From NCBI GenBank assembly GCA_002189035.1, contig NEEC01000024.1, positions 310,001-374,000 on the forward strand: a stretch of DNA of 64,000 bases. Reading direction: 5' to 3'. This stretch comes from Utricularia gibba. Its lineage: Eukaryota; Plantae; Magnoliophyta. A program made the translations under genes and the position numbers. Below are positions 39,502 through 53,299 of the stretch, piece after piece. A model generated the notes under the pieces. The model was not told where the DNA came from, did not search any database, and saw only the letters and a program-made list of their open reading frames with translations. Every line of letters starts with the position of its first letter. Position 1 is the first letter of the stretch.

Positions 39502-42500
39502 GGTTGCATGTCATTTCTTCAACAAATTTTAATTATGAAAAACGTAAAATAAAAATAAAGCATAGTACGAGCGTCAATCTCAGGGAGTTGAGTTTTGGAA
39601 AAAGTATTTTATACTGAACTTTTACAAATTGTCACGGGTTTATAAAAGGGGGTTTTTTAAACATATAAATAAAAACACTAAAATGTCCTCAATTGATGCC
39701 CATTGACCTTGATGTTTTTTGCTATCTCAAATGAACATATAACAACAACACTAGAAGGAAAAACATACACAATTTCATAAGGTCCAAGCCATATAGAACA
39801 CAATTTTCCTAAAAAGAGTTTCAAGGTAGTGTCAAATAAGAGAACTTTTTGACCAAATAAAAATTGATTCTCATGCAACATACTGTCGTGGAAGCATTTT
39901 ACCTTTTATTTGTGCAGAAGCTAGTTGGTGTAGGCATGAAGGTGAATTTCTTCCAGCTCATTCAAGTCGAAAAGTTTGTTCTCTCTAGCTTGGTCGCTAG
40001 TTCAGGTTGCATGACTTGATGGCCCAATATGTCATGTGATGAAGTTCAAGGGGAAGATGATCATGTGGTATGGAGACATTCCTATGGGATTCCTATAAGC
40101 AGTACGGTATGCCCATAGTGCATCATTGAGCCTTAAGTTCCAATCTCACATATTTGAGTTCACGGTCTGTGTCAAGATTCTCTTCACTTCTCTATTTGAT
40201 ATTTCTGCAATGCCATTTATTTGAGGATGTCTAGCTGTAGATAGACGGTGGGTTACTCCATACTTGGCCAGTGCACTCTTCATGGCATTATTCACAAAAT
40301 AGGTGCCACAGTTAGAGACAATGATTTTGAGGTGTCCAAACCGTGGGATCAAGATAGTGGTCAAGAAGTGTTCCATGGTTTTTGTATCATCTCTTTCACA
40401 AGCAATGGCTTCCACCCATTTAGAAACATAACCCACGGCAAGTCAAATGCAGAGTTTCCCTTACAACGGAGGAAGTGGTCCCATAAAGTCGATGCACCAT
40501 GCATCAAAGATCTCACATATGATAATGAGTTGAAGGGGCATTTGATCCTTGTACCCTAGATTTCCTTCTCTTTGATAATTTGGACACGCCTTGCAATGAA
40601 GGTAGGCATCCTTGAATATTGTAGGCCATATCCAGCTTCCAAGACATTCTTTGCAGTGATTTTTGAACCACAAGGTAACTCATGGCAATGTGAGAGAATA
40701 GATTGCACTTCATCTTGGGGGATGCATCTCCTAATAATCCGATCAACATCAATTTTCCAAAGATATGAATCGTCCCAGATGAAATTTTGGCTGTCACTTC
40801 TCAGTTTCTCTTTCTGGTAGTGATGGAAATCTGAAGGAAATTGTCCAGTCACTAAATAATTTACAATGTCAATGTACCTGGGACTTTCTTCATGGATCAT
40901 AAATAAGTGTTCGTATGGGAAGCTATCAGTGTACCAAGGACTGTTGTCATGGATCATGAATACCTTGTTCTATCATGAAGTGACATTTCTCATAATTCAT
41001 AACAAGGTTAGTCTCCACACAACGCTTCAAAATAAAAGACAAGTTAGCAAGGCATTTATCAAAACTATTTGCATAAAGCATGAAGTCATCAATAAAAACC
41101 TCAATGATATTTTCAACATATTTAGAAAAAATACTAATCATGCATCTTTGAAATGTTGCTAGTAAATTACATATTTCAAAAGACATTTTATGATAAGAAA
41201 AAATACCAAAAGGGCAAATAGAAACGACCATTTCTGGAAACCGAAGTAACCATCCAAGTAGCAATGGTCACTCCTTTCAGCAAGTCTTTTTAGCATATGG
41301 TCAATGAATGGAATTGGGTAGTGGTCCTTCTTGGTGGCTATGTTCAACTTTCAGTAATCAATAGACATTCGCCAGTCATTTTGCACTCTAGGAGGTAGGA
41401 GTTCCCCTTGGTCATTGGCCATGACTGTGATCCCAGTTTTCTTCGGGACGACCTGCACACAGCAAACATATGCACTATCAGAAATAGGATAAATTATACC
41501 GACAGTCAACAACTTCAGAAATTAGGGGCATCAATTTCCTTTGAGGTTGGAAAATTAGCTTTGTTCCCTCCTCTAAATAAATGCGGTGAGTGCATATGGA
41601 GGTGCTTATTCCTTCGATACCCACCAATGTCCATCCAATTACTTGTTTGTGCTCTTGGAGCACACTCTAGAGTTTTCCCTCCTATTCCAGAATTAGTGTA
41701 CTAGAGATAATAACAGGGTAAAATTTTATTCTCGCCAAGAAATAAATACTTTAAATGCTCAAACAAGGTTTTTAATTCTAATAATGGGGCATGAATAATA
41801 GAAGGAATCAACTATTTCTCAGGCATTTCCAAACTCAGAAAAGCAATATTAGAAAATTCAAGTGTCTAAGGAAAATAATCCAGATAATTCAAAAGTTGAG
41901 GGTCAAAAAATGAAATACTATTAGAATCAAAGTTTTTTATAATTTACGTGAGCAAGGGATCTTGCTTATGGATCATTCCTAAGTGTTTTACATTGACATT
42001 GAACAACTCTCATTGATCTGGTTCAGGTACTACATGGCTTTGTCCAGGCTGAAGTCCAGCACATGTCCATCAAATTGTAGAGAGATTGTGCGAGCTTGGA
42101 CATCAATTTTGGTACCTACGGTAGCCATAAACGGTCATCCCAAAATGATGGACTCCGAAATCATGGAGTTTTCACTCTCCATGGGAATAACTAAAAAGTT
42201 AGTAGGAAAAATCAAATCTTATCATGAACAAACACGTCATCAACTCTAGCATCAAGCTAAACATGTGATCTATCAGCTAATTGACAAACAACGCTAGTAG
42301 GCTCAAATTTACCTAGTTTGGAAGCAAGAAAAAGATAAAGAGACCTAAGCATAACATTAACCGATGCATCTAAATGACACAAGGCAACTGAAATTTTTGT
42401 TTCACCAATAGTCATAGGAATGGAAAACAAGCCGGATCCTTACACTTTCTTGGAATTCGTCTTTGAATGATTGTTGAAATATTTTCAGTCAAGGGAATCA

Positions 42501-45500
42501 CTTCCTCCACTTTTGTCTTCTTCTTGAGGTCACACAAGTCTTTCAACATTTTTGCATTCTTAGGCACTTGATTGATCATGTCTAGCAAGGGGACATTCAC
42601 GTTGACCTTCTTCATCATCTCCATGAATGCCTTCAGTTCACATTTTTCCTTGCTCTTCCTTCGAAGTCTTATAGGAAATGGAGGTGGAATCACTAGAGAC
42701 TTAGGTTGATCAACTTCTTGCATGTCCCTCTCTTTAACTTCTTTAGATGGCTTGATCATATCAATATTATGGACTGGAGAACTATCTGGATTCTTACAAA
42801 TAATCTCTTCATCCACATCATCATCACAGTCCAAGACTTCTAATTCATTTTCTTTAGACCTACCCACCTTAGTCATGAACCCTAGGTAAAGGTCTAGAAG
42901 ATCCTTTCCACTTCTTAAAGATATTGCATTGATATGCTCCAGCTGGGTGATTTGAGTTTGCATGCTTGTGATTCGTACATCCATGTCTTTTTTTAGCAGT
43001 AGGCATTTTGATGGTGTTCTCGACAAGGGACTTCACCATTGACTCCAGATTATGATTTGACTGATAAGGAATGAGAAGTTGCTTTAGAGGTCCAGTGATT
43101 TGTAGAGGTTGAGGCGGAGTAGTGAGAGTTTTCTGAGGAACAGCAAACAAGTTCCCTAGTGATAGTGCTAGACCAAGAGGCACTGGTTGTCTCTAGTGGA
43201 AACTAGGGTGATCTCTTCTCAGCATCTGTTAGTTTCCGTAGTTGTAGGTTCCTCATTGGTTCTAGTAGAATGTGTTCACTTCTTCTATTGGCATCTCATT
43301 AACTATGGGTCTTGGATCAAAATGATGGGAGGTTGAAGATCCTTGATACCTTCCTTATTGTTGGAGAAGTGATTGGAAGATAAGCTTCAAGGTATCACTC
43401 ATGACAACAAGTTGAGTTAAAACTTAAGAGTTGTCCATTTCATGCACTAATATTATTCGCTGGGTTCCTCCAGGTGATCGATATGACTGGTCATATCGGC
43501 TAGATGTGGAATTGGAATTAGCAACCATTTGTTCAATATATCTTTGGGCATCAGCACTATGGCAGTTCTATAGTAATGACCTATTATAAGCGGCATTCAT
43601 TTGTCCTCTAATCATGGGGGTCAATCCTTCATAAAAATGCTACAAGATTTCACCTTTAGTAAGTCCATGATGCGGATAAGTGTTGCAGATCTGGTTGAAT
43701 CAATGATAATACTCCTACAAATTCTCTCCTTCACTTTGTAGCATGAGGGCTAAAGTTCACTTTGTAGGAAGGCTCTTCCTAGGGGTGCATATCGATCAAG
43801 AAATTTTTGTACCATTTGTTCCTAGGCAGCAATAGAGGAAGGAGGGAGTCCCTACAGCCACTCCAAGGCTCACTTAGTGAGTTTGAAAGGCAAGACCCGC
43901 AACTTGAATTGGTTCTCTGTTGCACCTTTTAGATGCATGGATGCACAAGCCATGTTTAACTCTCTAAGATGATGATTTTGGTTGCTATTCTCTCTCCCAG
44001 CAAACTTAGTAACTATCTGGAACAAATATCGACATAGCTCAAAGTCCTCTTCCACATCAAAAATGATGCAAAAGTGGTCGATCAGCATGGTTTGTAGTGA
44101 TTTCTTCTTTAATTATCCTTAGTGTTGGGCCACAATTAACGATCGAAAGAATTGCAAAATTTGAGGATGATGTTGCTTCTGTTCTCCATGAACCATGGGG
44201 ACTCCAGTGGGTGGTTGAACAACTATTTCTTTGTCCGTAGAAGAACTGGAAGTTAGTTCTCACTTTTTCACCAGAAATGTGCACTCAATCTCCGTATCTA
44301 AGGGACACAAGATTTTTTGGTATGATCTCAAGCTTCGGTGGCCCTTTGGTGGAGATGATTGCATTAAAATAGAAAAACATAGCAGCAAAATAGAAACAAA
44401 AGACAAACAAGAGGAAATAAGGAAAAGGAAAAGAAAAAGAAAAATTATACATACAATAAACACAAAAATACACAACTCCCCGACAACTGTGCCAAAAATT
44501 TGTTGCGTATCGTTTCCTCAACAAATTTTAATTATAAAAAATGTAAAACACAAATAAAACATAGTACGAGTGTTGATCTAAGAGAGTTGAGTTTTGCGAA
44601 AAATGTTTTGTGCTGAACTTTTACAAATTATCATGGGTTTGTAAAAGGGAGTTTTTGAAATACAGAAATAAAACATACAATGCAAGTAATGGACCTTGAC
44701 TAAGGAAAGGAGTTCTTGAGAATTAGATTCTATTTCCTCCTTTTTTCTATCATTGCCTCTGCTTTCACTGATTCCTTCCGAATAACTAGTTATAGAAGTA
44801 AGGAATAGTCTACTCTCCCTTTCACTCTGATTGACAACGAGGCACGGGAATAACCTCATATGATCTCCCCTTAGACAATTGAGAGGACAAGAGGATTGTC
44901 GTCGATTGACCTCAAAACTGAATTCGTGTGTCGAGCTATTACCAATGGCCAATGGTGGGTATGAGGTCACTATCGCGGTATTCCGGTCACAAACAATTCG
45001 CTATCTTCCTCGAACCAATAGGGTTGAAGATGGTATTCTTCACCTTGTTCTTTGTCAAAATCCATGAGGAGTGGCCTGCTATTCATGGACTATGATAAGG
45101 AACCGTTACAGAAAGACTACATATGATACGTGGAAATACATGAAATCCAAAAGTCATTCAGCAAAGAACCGAGACTGATGCTCAAGACGAGGAAGTAAAC
45201 TTCATATATTCGCAAAAACTAAAAAGGTTTATCTACGAAAGACCATGAAAACAGGAAATAAAAACAGAAAGTTAAAGTGTTCTTCTTCCATTGGTGGAGA
45301 GGAAAGAACAACTTCAAGTGTCCAAAAGTCAGGTGGAAAATGATGTGATTCAAATTGTTCCAACTTTCTTTTAATTCATTCCCACGTGTATTTAACTTAC
45401 TCTACTCTATTTCCATCATTCTTTTTGTCTTGTATGTACAGTCAACTTTCTCATGCGTGCAATTAAGCATTTAATCATTACTGTAGACTTTGACATGTCG

Positions 45501-45797
45501 TAAGTCTGAAGTCTTGAGTAATGTCAGTCTTCTACCCACAATAGATCCAAATTATGTACAAATCACAAAATGTGAGTGTTTAATCTCCTAGAAATTTCCT
45601 ATATTACTCCAAGACTGCCTCTTGATACTTTAGATGAAAATACACAAAAAAAAACAATAAAAATATATACAAATAACAATAATAGAATTTTTCTAATAAA
45701 ATAAAATATTTATCAATATAACTCATAATTCGGATGAATTAATCCTAAATTAATACATAATAATACATAATAAATAAGTAAAAAATGACACTTTAGA
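39502..45797 (-). mobile_element. Internally deleted Athila-like Ty3/gypsy element with both outer ends, 6.3 kb
   Basis: TSD ATCAT (39497-39501 and 45798-45802); 5' LTR 45797-44501; tRNA-Asp-type PBS TGGCACAGTTGTCGGGGAG (~44495-44477); gag (43870-44284, 42412-43026), RT (40947-41663), integrase (39678-40957). Only the last ~175 bp of the 3' LTR remain (39502-39677). Confidence 0.88.
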
Positions 45798-46162
45798 ATC
45801 ATAGTGTTAAGAAATAAAATATTAAACTATGTAATTGAATTTGAATTTTAAAATTTTGACGAAGTTATTAAATATATAAAATTTCTAATAAATTTTATTT
45901 TAATATTATAAATTTACATTGCTTTTATTTTTCTAATAAATTTATTAATTATTCAAATGTATTTATAAATAACATAAAAATAAAAATAGTCAACACAAAT
46001 ATAAGATATAATAATAAAACAAGTGATAAAGTATATATCATTTTAATTATATTTTATCATATGTTTAATTAAATGTATAATAATTTAATACATAATAATA
46101 ATAATCAACCTATAAAACGTTTACTACACATGTGGGTTACATAAGTCACGTCGGTAAGAGGG

Positions 46163-46185
46163 GTGGCTTGCAACTTGCAAGCCAC
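46163..46185. repeat. 23-bp near-perfect palindrome
   Basis: GTGGCTTGCAA-C-TTGCAAGCCAC. Confidence 0.9.
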
Positions 46186-48856
46186 TCTATTTCTGTGGAC
46201 GTGGGTTCGTAGAGAGAGAATTGCTATGCACATCTCTACTACATATGTATTTTTTATTTATTTTAATTTATATGATAAATTATAATTTTAATTTAACCCT
46301 GTGGATCGAAATCAATTTGTAACCGTTCGAATAGATAATTTGAAACTATTATTTCATGGTTCACAAAATAACTAATTAGTTTGAAACCATACGGTTTTGA
46401 TTTGGGAATCAGAAAAACCAGGATCAAATAAAAACAATGATTAAAAAATATTTATACAAAATCATATATTTAATATATTTTTATAAACTTTTTCTCAGGT
46501 AATTTGTTTACCCTTTATTAAATAATTCTTTTTTTATATTATTGGTTTATAAATATAACTTTTTATAAACAATATATACATATATATTGAATAAAAAAAC
46601 ATTTTTTGTAATAATAAATAAATTTTAGTACATTAAAAAAACATTAAAACTCCAAAAAATGTTATTTATTCAATAGTCTTAAAAATATGTGTATTTCAAA
46701 AATTAAATTTTTGAAAAAATATATTTAATTAATAGAACCAAGAATCCACATGAGCTTAGTTTTACGTTGTTAGGGTTTAGTATATAAATACACATGATTT
46801 ATCAATAATTGACATCACTATAGATATCAAAAAGATAATACATGAACGAGGTTATCTATAATTTACACTCGTATCTTTATAAGAAATAGCATACGTGCGT
46901 GGATTATACATAATTGATGCTCATAACTTAGTTGGCTATGTTTTAGTTTTTATATTTGTTTGTTTAATGTTCAATTTGTATTCACTTTAAATTATATTTT
47001 TAAAAGTTAAATTTATGAAAAAATAATAAGATGTAGGATGTGTACTACTATGGCATATGTGTAGTTGTTCGTTTATATAGTCATTTTAAAGTCGTCGTAA
47101 TGGATATTGACTTTAAATACATGTATTGCAATATCTTTGTGATACATTAATTCAAAATTTTAAATTCATAATAACATACCAGACTAACCTAAATAACACT
47201 TGTTTTTACACATTAGTCATACTTTGACTAATGTAAAAATTTGTGAGAAGTGTAGATTAGCCTATTATAGGATAATTATGTAATTATTACATAAGGAATA
47301 TAGAAAAAACATGTCTAATACTTACAGTCATCGTTTACAGCTGCAATGAGGCTATCATATACGATTTTATATAAAAAAAATGTGTATATATAAGTGGGTC
47401 AAGAATAATCCACGCTGGTAGCTTCAAAATACAAGGGTGGAATATGCATAACCCACTCCCATACGCATAATAATAATACACGAACATAGTTTATATAAAT
47501 AGCTTAAGTTGGATATTCTTTGCTTTTAAAATTTAATGATCAAGGGTTGGATTTATCTTTATGTAAAATTTTATTTTTATGTAAAATTTAAATAAATTTT
47601 AAAAAATATGGGAGAGTAAAAAATAACATAGGTATAATTACATAGTCATTAACAAAAGTATGACTATATATGTCTTATAAGAAAACCCACATCCGTGTAT
47701 AGTGAAGGGAGTTTTGAATATACATCCCTATCTTATTTTCATTATGTATATATTTTATTTTTAAAAAAAATACATTAATTTTTTAAAATTTACGGTAAAA
47801 TAAATTATAGTATTCTTTAATTAAAAAATATGTGAAAATAAAATAATTACTTACATATAAAAAATTATTAAACAGTTCATTACATTCCAATTTTTATTAA
47901 ATTTTTATTTTTATTTTATAAAATATATTTTTAAAATAAAAATTGCATTATAAAACTTTAATTTATAAATACGGTTTTTATACATTAATTTAAATATATA
48001 ATGAATAAAAATAATTATTTAAAAAAAGATTTATTTTGTAAATAATTGTAAAATAGGGTTATTCTACTAAGAAATATTTTGTGTAGGACTATTACACTAA
48101 GGCAGTCCAAAAACTAGCGAAGACGAGTTGTCTCTTCTATTATATTAAAATTCCTATCGGAGCATTAGTTTAAAATTTACAAAATGAAAAAATATAAATT
48201 TACATGACATACCAAACACAATGGGATAAACAGTTCACAAGGAAGCTACTCGAAACTACATGTACGAATTTTTTACTAATTGGACATTTCTCTCGCCGCA
48301 GAAGCGTATAAACAGCCACGCCACACCTCCGCTCCTAGCGTTACCCTCGGTCATTTACTAATTGGGCCCAATTTTTTGCTTTAAAGACCCATCTTTTTAG
48401 GTCCATAAATCTCAACACGCACGGACCCCGTACTGGTTTTGTGTGTGACCCAAGGCCGAGGATTAAGTTACTGGGATTTGATCATACAGTAACTGTGGAA
48501 CGACACCTTTTACCCCTTTAAAAGTGGGGCTTGTGATTCCCCAAACTTGTAGTTATGCACCATTAATGAGCTACTTCTAGGTGAACACGCTGCTTTTTGT
48601 GATCCCGTGGCTAATGACAAATAAAGTTCACAGTAAGACAAATAAGAAACGAGGTCCTAACAAGATTCCCGTTTGTGGGGGTAGTTTGTAGTTAATCATC
48701 GCCGTAGGACAAAAGCACTTCTTCTATATGTCTTAATAGGCATCGGAGTTGCCTTTCTTCATCTATTTCTCTGCGCAAGTTTCTCTCTACACCCATCTTT
48801 TCTTGCAAGAAAAACTAGTTCCAGAGAAGCTGCTCTCGGCATTGCATTTCATCATC

Positions 48857-49093
48857 ATGTTAGGTTCCTGCAGGAACAAGTATGCCATCACTCTAACTTT
48901 TCTTGCGGTTCTTTTCTTGTGTGCATCATTATCCTCAGGGCTTCCTCCAGCAGACACGAGCTGGGGGCAGATGCTGCCAAAGCAGCTGCGCCGTCCATTT
49001 TCTGCCCCATCCAGACGGACAAATCCCGTGGCTTCATCTTCAGGCAGTGTAGAAGTGGATCAAGGAATCTCTTACTCCCATAAGAAAAGCTGA
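48857..49093 (+). CDS. Small secreted peptide precursor, IDA/IDA-LIKE type, 78 aa
   Basis: MLGSCRNKYAITLTFLAVLFLCASLSSG is a basic N-terminus plus hydrophobic core (signal-peptide-like). It is followed by GQMLPKQLRRPFSAPSRRTN, resembling the IDA EPIP motif FGYLPKGVPIPPSAPSKRHN. Single exon, open frame, GC-richer than its flanks. Confidence 0.68.
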   Translation: MLGSCRNKYAITLTFLAVLFLCASLSSGLPPADTSWGQMLPKQLRRPFSAPSRRTNPVASSSGSVEVDQGISYSHKKS

Positions 49094-50510
49094 TCTCTCT
49101 GGTTGTATTCTTACGTCGTCTAGGAACGGTGATCATGTGGGGTTGTATGATTTAGGATAAGAGCAATTTTAATTCTTCCTCCCCTAAATCCACAATGTCA
49201 AAAACAGTTACGAATTCTATTTCAAATATGCATGAGTCAAACCTAGTAATGTTTTTCCAAGAAAAAAAGAGTAGAATTCGATAATACTGTCGAACTTTAG
49301 AGGAACAGGCAGGGGGCTGGTGTTAATAGGCTTGACGTGTTCCTCTCCGGGGTGGATGTGATCGATGGGCCATGACTTCCGGAGGTGGTAGTTACATATG
49401 TTTGTAGCAGTTGAAGGGAGAAAGAGGAGAATGAGTGGGCTTTGCGATGAACTCTGGTGCAATGACAGTGCGAGGAGGTGTATTGTATGATTTGTGGTAC
49501 TGTGGAGTCGGAATTCCAGTTAATGTAAAATCAATACATAACTTGGGATAAACTCAAGTATACGAGGTTTTCTGATTTCAGGTTTTATTTATTTTTTACT
49601 TTTTTCTGTTATACAGATAAAATAAATATAGATCTGACTAAGTTTTTAAAACACTATCCACTCGACAAAGTCAAGGATTGAAATCTACCCATCTCAATAG
49701 TACGTCTGGAAAATATCTATCATTCCTTGATTTTTTTAATAACACTATATAATATACATAAAATTTGTATTTATTTGCATTTTAATAGCCTTTGTAATTT
49801 ATTTACAATTTTAAATTACTATATGATAAAATCAGCATAACTCAATTTTATTTTATTGAATATATATATAAATTATACTTAATACATTTTAAAACCAGTT
49901 CTATAATTTATAATTATGTTTCTTATAATATATTAAACTAGATTGACGAAAAAGTCCTAAACTAGTAATGCTAAAATACCTCATTTTTATTTTAGTCTTA
50001 TTTTTTTTAATAACATAATTATTATATTATAATTTGAAAAAAATAAAGAATTATAAATACTCATTTAAATATAATTTTTAATACTTTAAAACCGTATTAC
50101 ATTTTGATATAGTATATAAGTGATCCTTTACATACAAATAAAAAGACAAATGTTAAATGTATCCTAAAAAATAAAGAATGATAGTTATTTATCTAAATGT
50201 ATGATGAGATGGATAGTTTTTTAAATATAATAGTGAGATAGAAGATTTGTAAACATAATTTTATGGGGTAGGTATCTTTCTAAATGACCCAAGGCCATGA
50301 GTTGGGGTCTCTAAGGTCTGTCGGGTCTTACGTGGCATTGCCGGCATCTAGAGGTAGGTTCGCTTCAAACCGAAACTATCAGTTCCAATTCCAGTTCGGT
50401 TCCAGGAGATCAATGTCCCCGGAACCGGAACCGTACGGTTTCTGTTTGGTTCGATATAATTGGAGATATAGAACTGACGGTTCCGACCCGTGAGTGAACT
50501 GTATTGTTCA

Positions 50511-51061
50511 TGTTAGTGTAAGTGTTCTAGAGACAATCAACTCATTGGAAAATCTTATCTTTTGATATTTACTTTGAATTATGATCAAATTTATATCATT
50601 GATAAAATCCTCTACTTGATCTATGTGCTATAGAAATTATGATGATATCATAATGTGAGATTCTTCAAGCACTTATGCTCAAATGTAAAAACTCTCTGGC
50701 TAGAGTATTTGTAAAATGAGGATATCACAAATACGGATAAGCTGGCACACATTGTGTTCCCTAAACTATTTAGGCAATGGTTCTCACAATTGATGTAATG
50801 AGATTACTAGAATCTATGCGTAGGTGTCGATTAGAGAATCGATTCACTGGATGACTCATCTTCGAGATGATACTATGGGAAGATAACCAAGTGTAAGTAG
50901 CAAGATCTCGAATATGACAGCCGTGCAAGTAAGCTTAGACTTGAGGTCAATAAAGTTATCTTGATCTTAAGCTTATATTTTCGCTCATTACTAATGTGAG
51001 CCTAATCATGGCTTGCTTAGTATGGATGAGTAGGGATGTGACTTTTTAAGGTTGAAGATAG
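50511..51061 (+). mobile_element. Truncated family-C LTR (first ~550 bp)
   Basis: Starts TGTTAGTGTAAGTGTTCTAGAGACAATC and is collinear with family C until ...GAAGATAG, where a second copy begins. Confidence 0.85.
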
Positions 51062-53100
51062 TGTTAGTGTATGTGTTCTAGAGACAATCAACTCATTGGC
51101 AAATCTTATCTTATGATATTTACTTTGAATTGTGATCAAATTTATATCATTGATAAAATCCTCTACTTGATCTATGTGCTATAGAAATTATGATGAGATC
51201 ATAATGTGAGATTCTTCAAGCACTCATGATCAAGTTAAAAACTCCCTAGCTAGAGTATTTGTGAAATGAGGATATCACAAATACAGATAAGCTGGCACAC
51301 ATTGAGTTCCCTAAACAGTTTAGGCAATGGTTCTCACAATTGATGTAATGAGATTACTAGAACCTATGTGTGGGTGTCGATTAGAGAATCGAATCACTGG
51401 ATGACTCATCTTCGAGATGCTACTATGGGAAGCTAACCAAATGTTAGTACCAAGATCTCGAATATGACAGCCGTGCAATTAAGCTTAGACTTGAGGTCAA
51501 CAAAGTTATCTTGATCTTAAGCTCACATTTTCGCTCATTACTAATGGGAGCCTAACCATGGCTTGCCTAGTATGGATGAGTAGGAATGTGACTCCCTAAG
51601 ATTGGAGATAGTTGATTGATCAATAAAGGATTCATCACTCATGTTAGCGATGAGATCATATCTCAAGTAATTACATCAAAGCCTAACAGTAAGTCCTGGG
51701 CCCAGGGTAATGACACTCGAATTGTTTGAGTAGGTCATTGAGTGTTAGTGTTTGAATGTAATTATAAGTTCGATACATCAGAAAGACACACACCCATGTT
51801 CTGGTATCGAATAAGATATAAGCATGATGAAAGCTGTTCATTGTATGGTGGCTGGTCATGGAAAGGCTCAATCAGTTCACCTGATTGTTCTTACATCTTG
51901 GGGATCATGATATGTTGCTAGACATCACTCATGATCGATAATGATGGATTTGATTAATTAAGATTTAATTAATAAATCCATTATTACGGCCTTGATTGAA
52001 AAAGCCTATAGGGTTACACACAATAGTGGAGTCACTCATCGATATAAAATAGAATGGCACAATTACATGAGATGTAATTGGTAAAGTGGATAAATGAAAT
52101 AGAGAGTTATTTTGAGATTAATATTGATTAAACTCAAAATAAAAGATCTTGCATAGATAAGATTTGGGACATATACATATCTCTACAAGATAAGATCTTT
52201 ATGGAGATTTGATTTGATATGTTACCATGTATCTATCAAAAGATTTAGATCTATACATCTGGTTCTATATCTTCGTACTCTCTGAGATTGATCCACAAGG
52301 GGGCGATTTTCTCTATTAGTACCTAAGGAGATCGACCAGCATTCTACAATCTTTAGAAGGTTATCGGAGTGCTTCACGTGTGGATACCACAGAGACCGTC
52401 TACTATTGGCGGTTGGTGAACAACGGAGACCTCTGAAAGGTATTTTCAGTATCCTTTTATCTGATATATATCGTATTCCAAGATCTGCGTTGGGGGTTTC
52501 TCAAAATTTTTTTAAATTCCACTGCTTTTGTGACATGCGATATCTACAAGAAACCCAACAATGGTATCAAAGCGAGGTTGCAGAATGCGTGTATACGTTA
52601 GAATCTTTGTTGATTTTGCGAGATGTTCTCGTATGTTGCCTTGCCGGCGATCATCGTAATAGCATGTGATTTTTCAAGATGTTCTCGTATGTTGCCATGC
52701 CGGCGATCATCATAATAGCATGTGATGCACAAAACATGATCATGTTGGATTGTTTTGCTGCCATAATGATGCACGAAATTTGATTGATGATTAATGCTTT
52801 CGAAAATCATATCTTACGTGTATATGCACAGCATGTTGATGGTTTACATGTGTGTAGTCGTGGGGCATGATGGCCTTTGCACGAATTTTGATAAATATGA
52901 TCATATTGGTGATTATCGTTGCATATGATGTTTGATAATTTAGTTGTGACCAAGGCATCTAGGGTCAATTAGGATTTTCGATTATTATGTGTGAAAATCT
53001 AGGGATATGATGCGTTATGAACGAAAGGGCAAGGGTTGTCAAGATTCCTATCTAATAGACTATTGATATCCATAGTGCAAGTGTTGCCTATGGAAAAATC
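51062..53100 (+). mobile_element. 5' LTR (51062-52560), PBS and leader of a copia-type element; internal coding region deleted
   Basis: Full 1499-bp LTR followed by PBS TGGTATCAAAGC (52562-52573, initiator-Met type) and a 56-bp tandem duplication at 52621-52726. Right boundary is approximate. Confidence 0.82.
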
Positions 53101-53299
53101 TCCTACTAAATAATTAAGCTTATTCCTTCCACTGACATAAGGAGAACGAGAGTCATTTTTAGTGCATAGAGTTGTTGGCTAACGTCAATTTTTACAAGAG
53201 CTTGAATGTGGTCCCTTACCCGAACATGATGATTTTTCTAGTACTCAATAAGTGGGTTTTTCTACCTCATCGAGTCTTATTTGTCATAAAAGATCAAAA

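Noticed and set aside
46300-48100. Possible MITE or hAT-subterminal relics in the AT-rich spacer
   Set aside because: Could not define paired TIRs or TSDs.
48888-49136. 82-aa minus-strand ORF
   Set aside because: Antisense to the better-supported secreted-peptide ORF and has no motif.
49217-49480. GC-richer minus-strand ORF next to the IDL-like gene, considered as a second peptide gene
   Set aside because: No in-frame ATG, no clear signal peptide and no CEP/CLE/IDA motif.
50284-50493. Short ORFs and CGGTTC repeats at the hAT ends (also 61670-61948), considered as CRISPR-like or coding
   Set aside because: They are irregular subterminal transposase-binding repeats without constant repeat-spacer periodicity.
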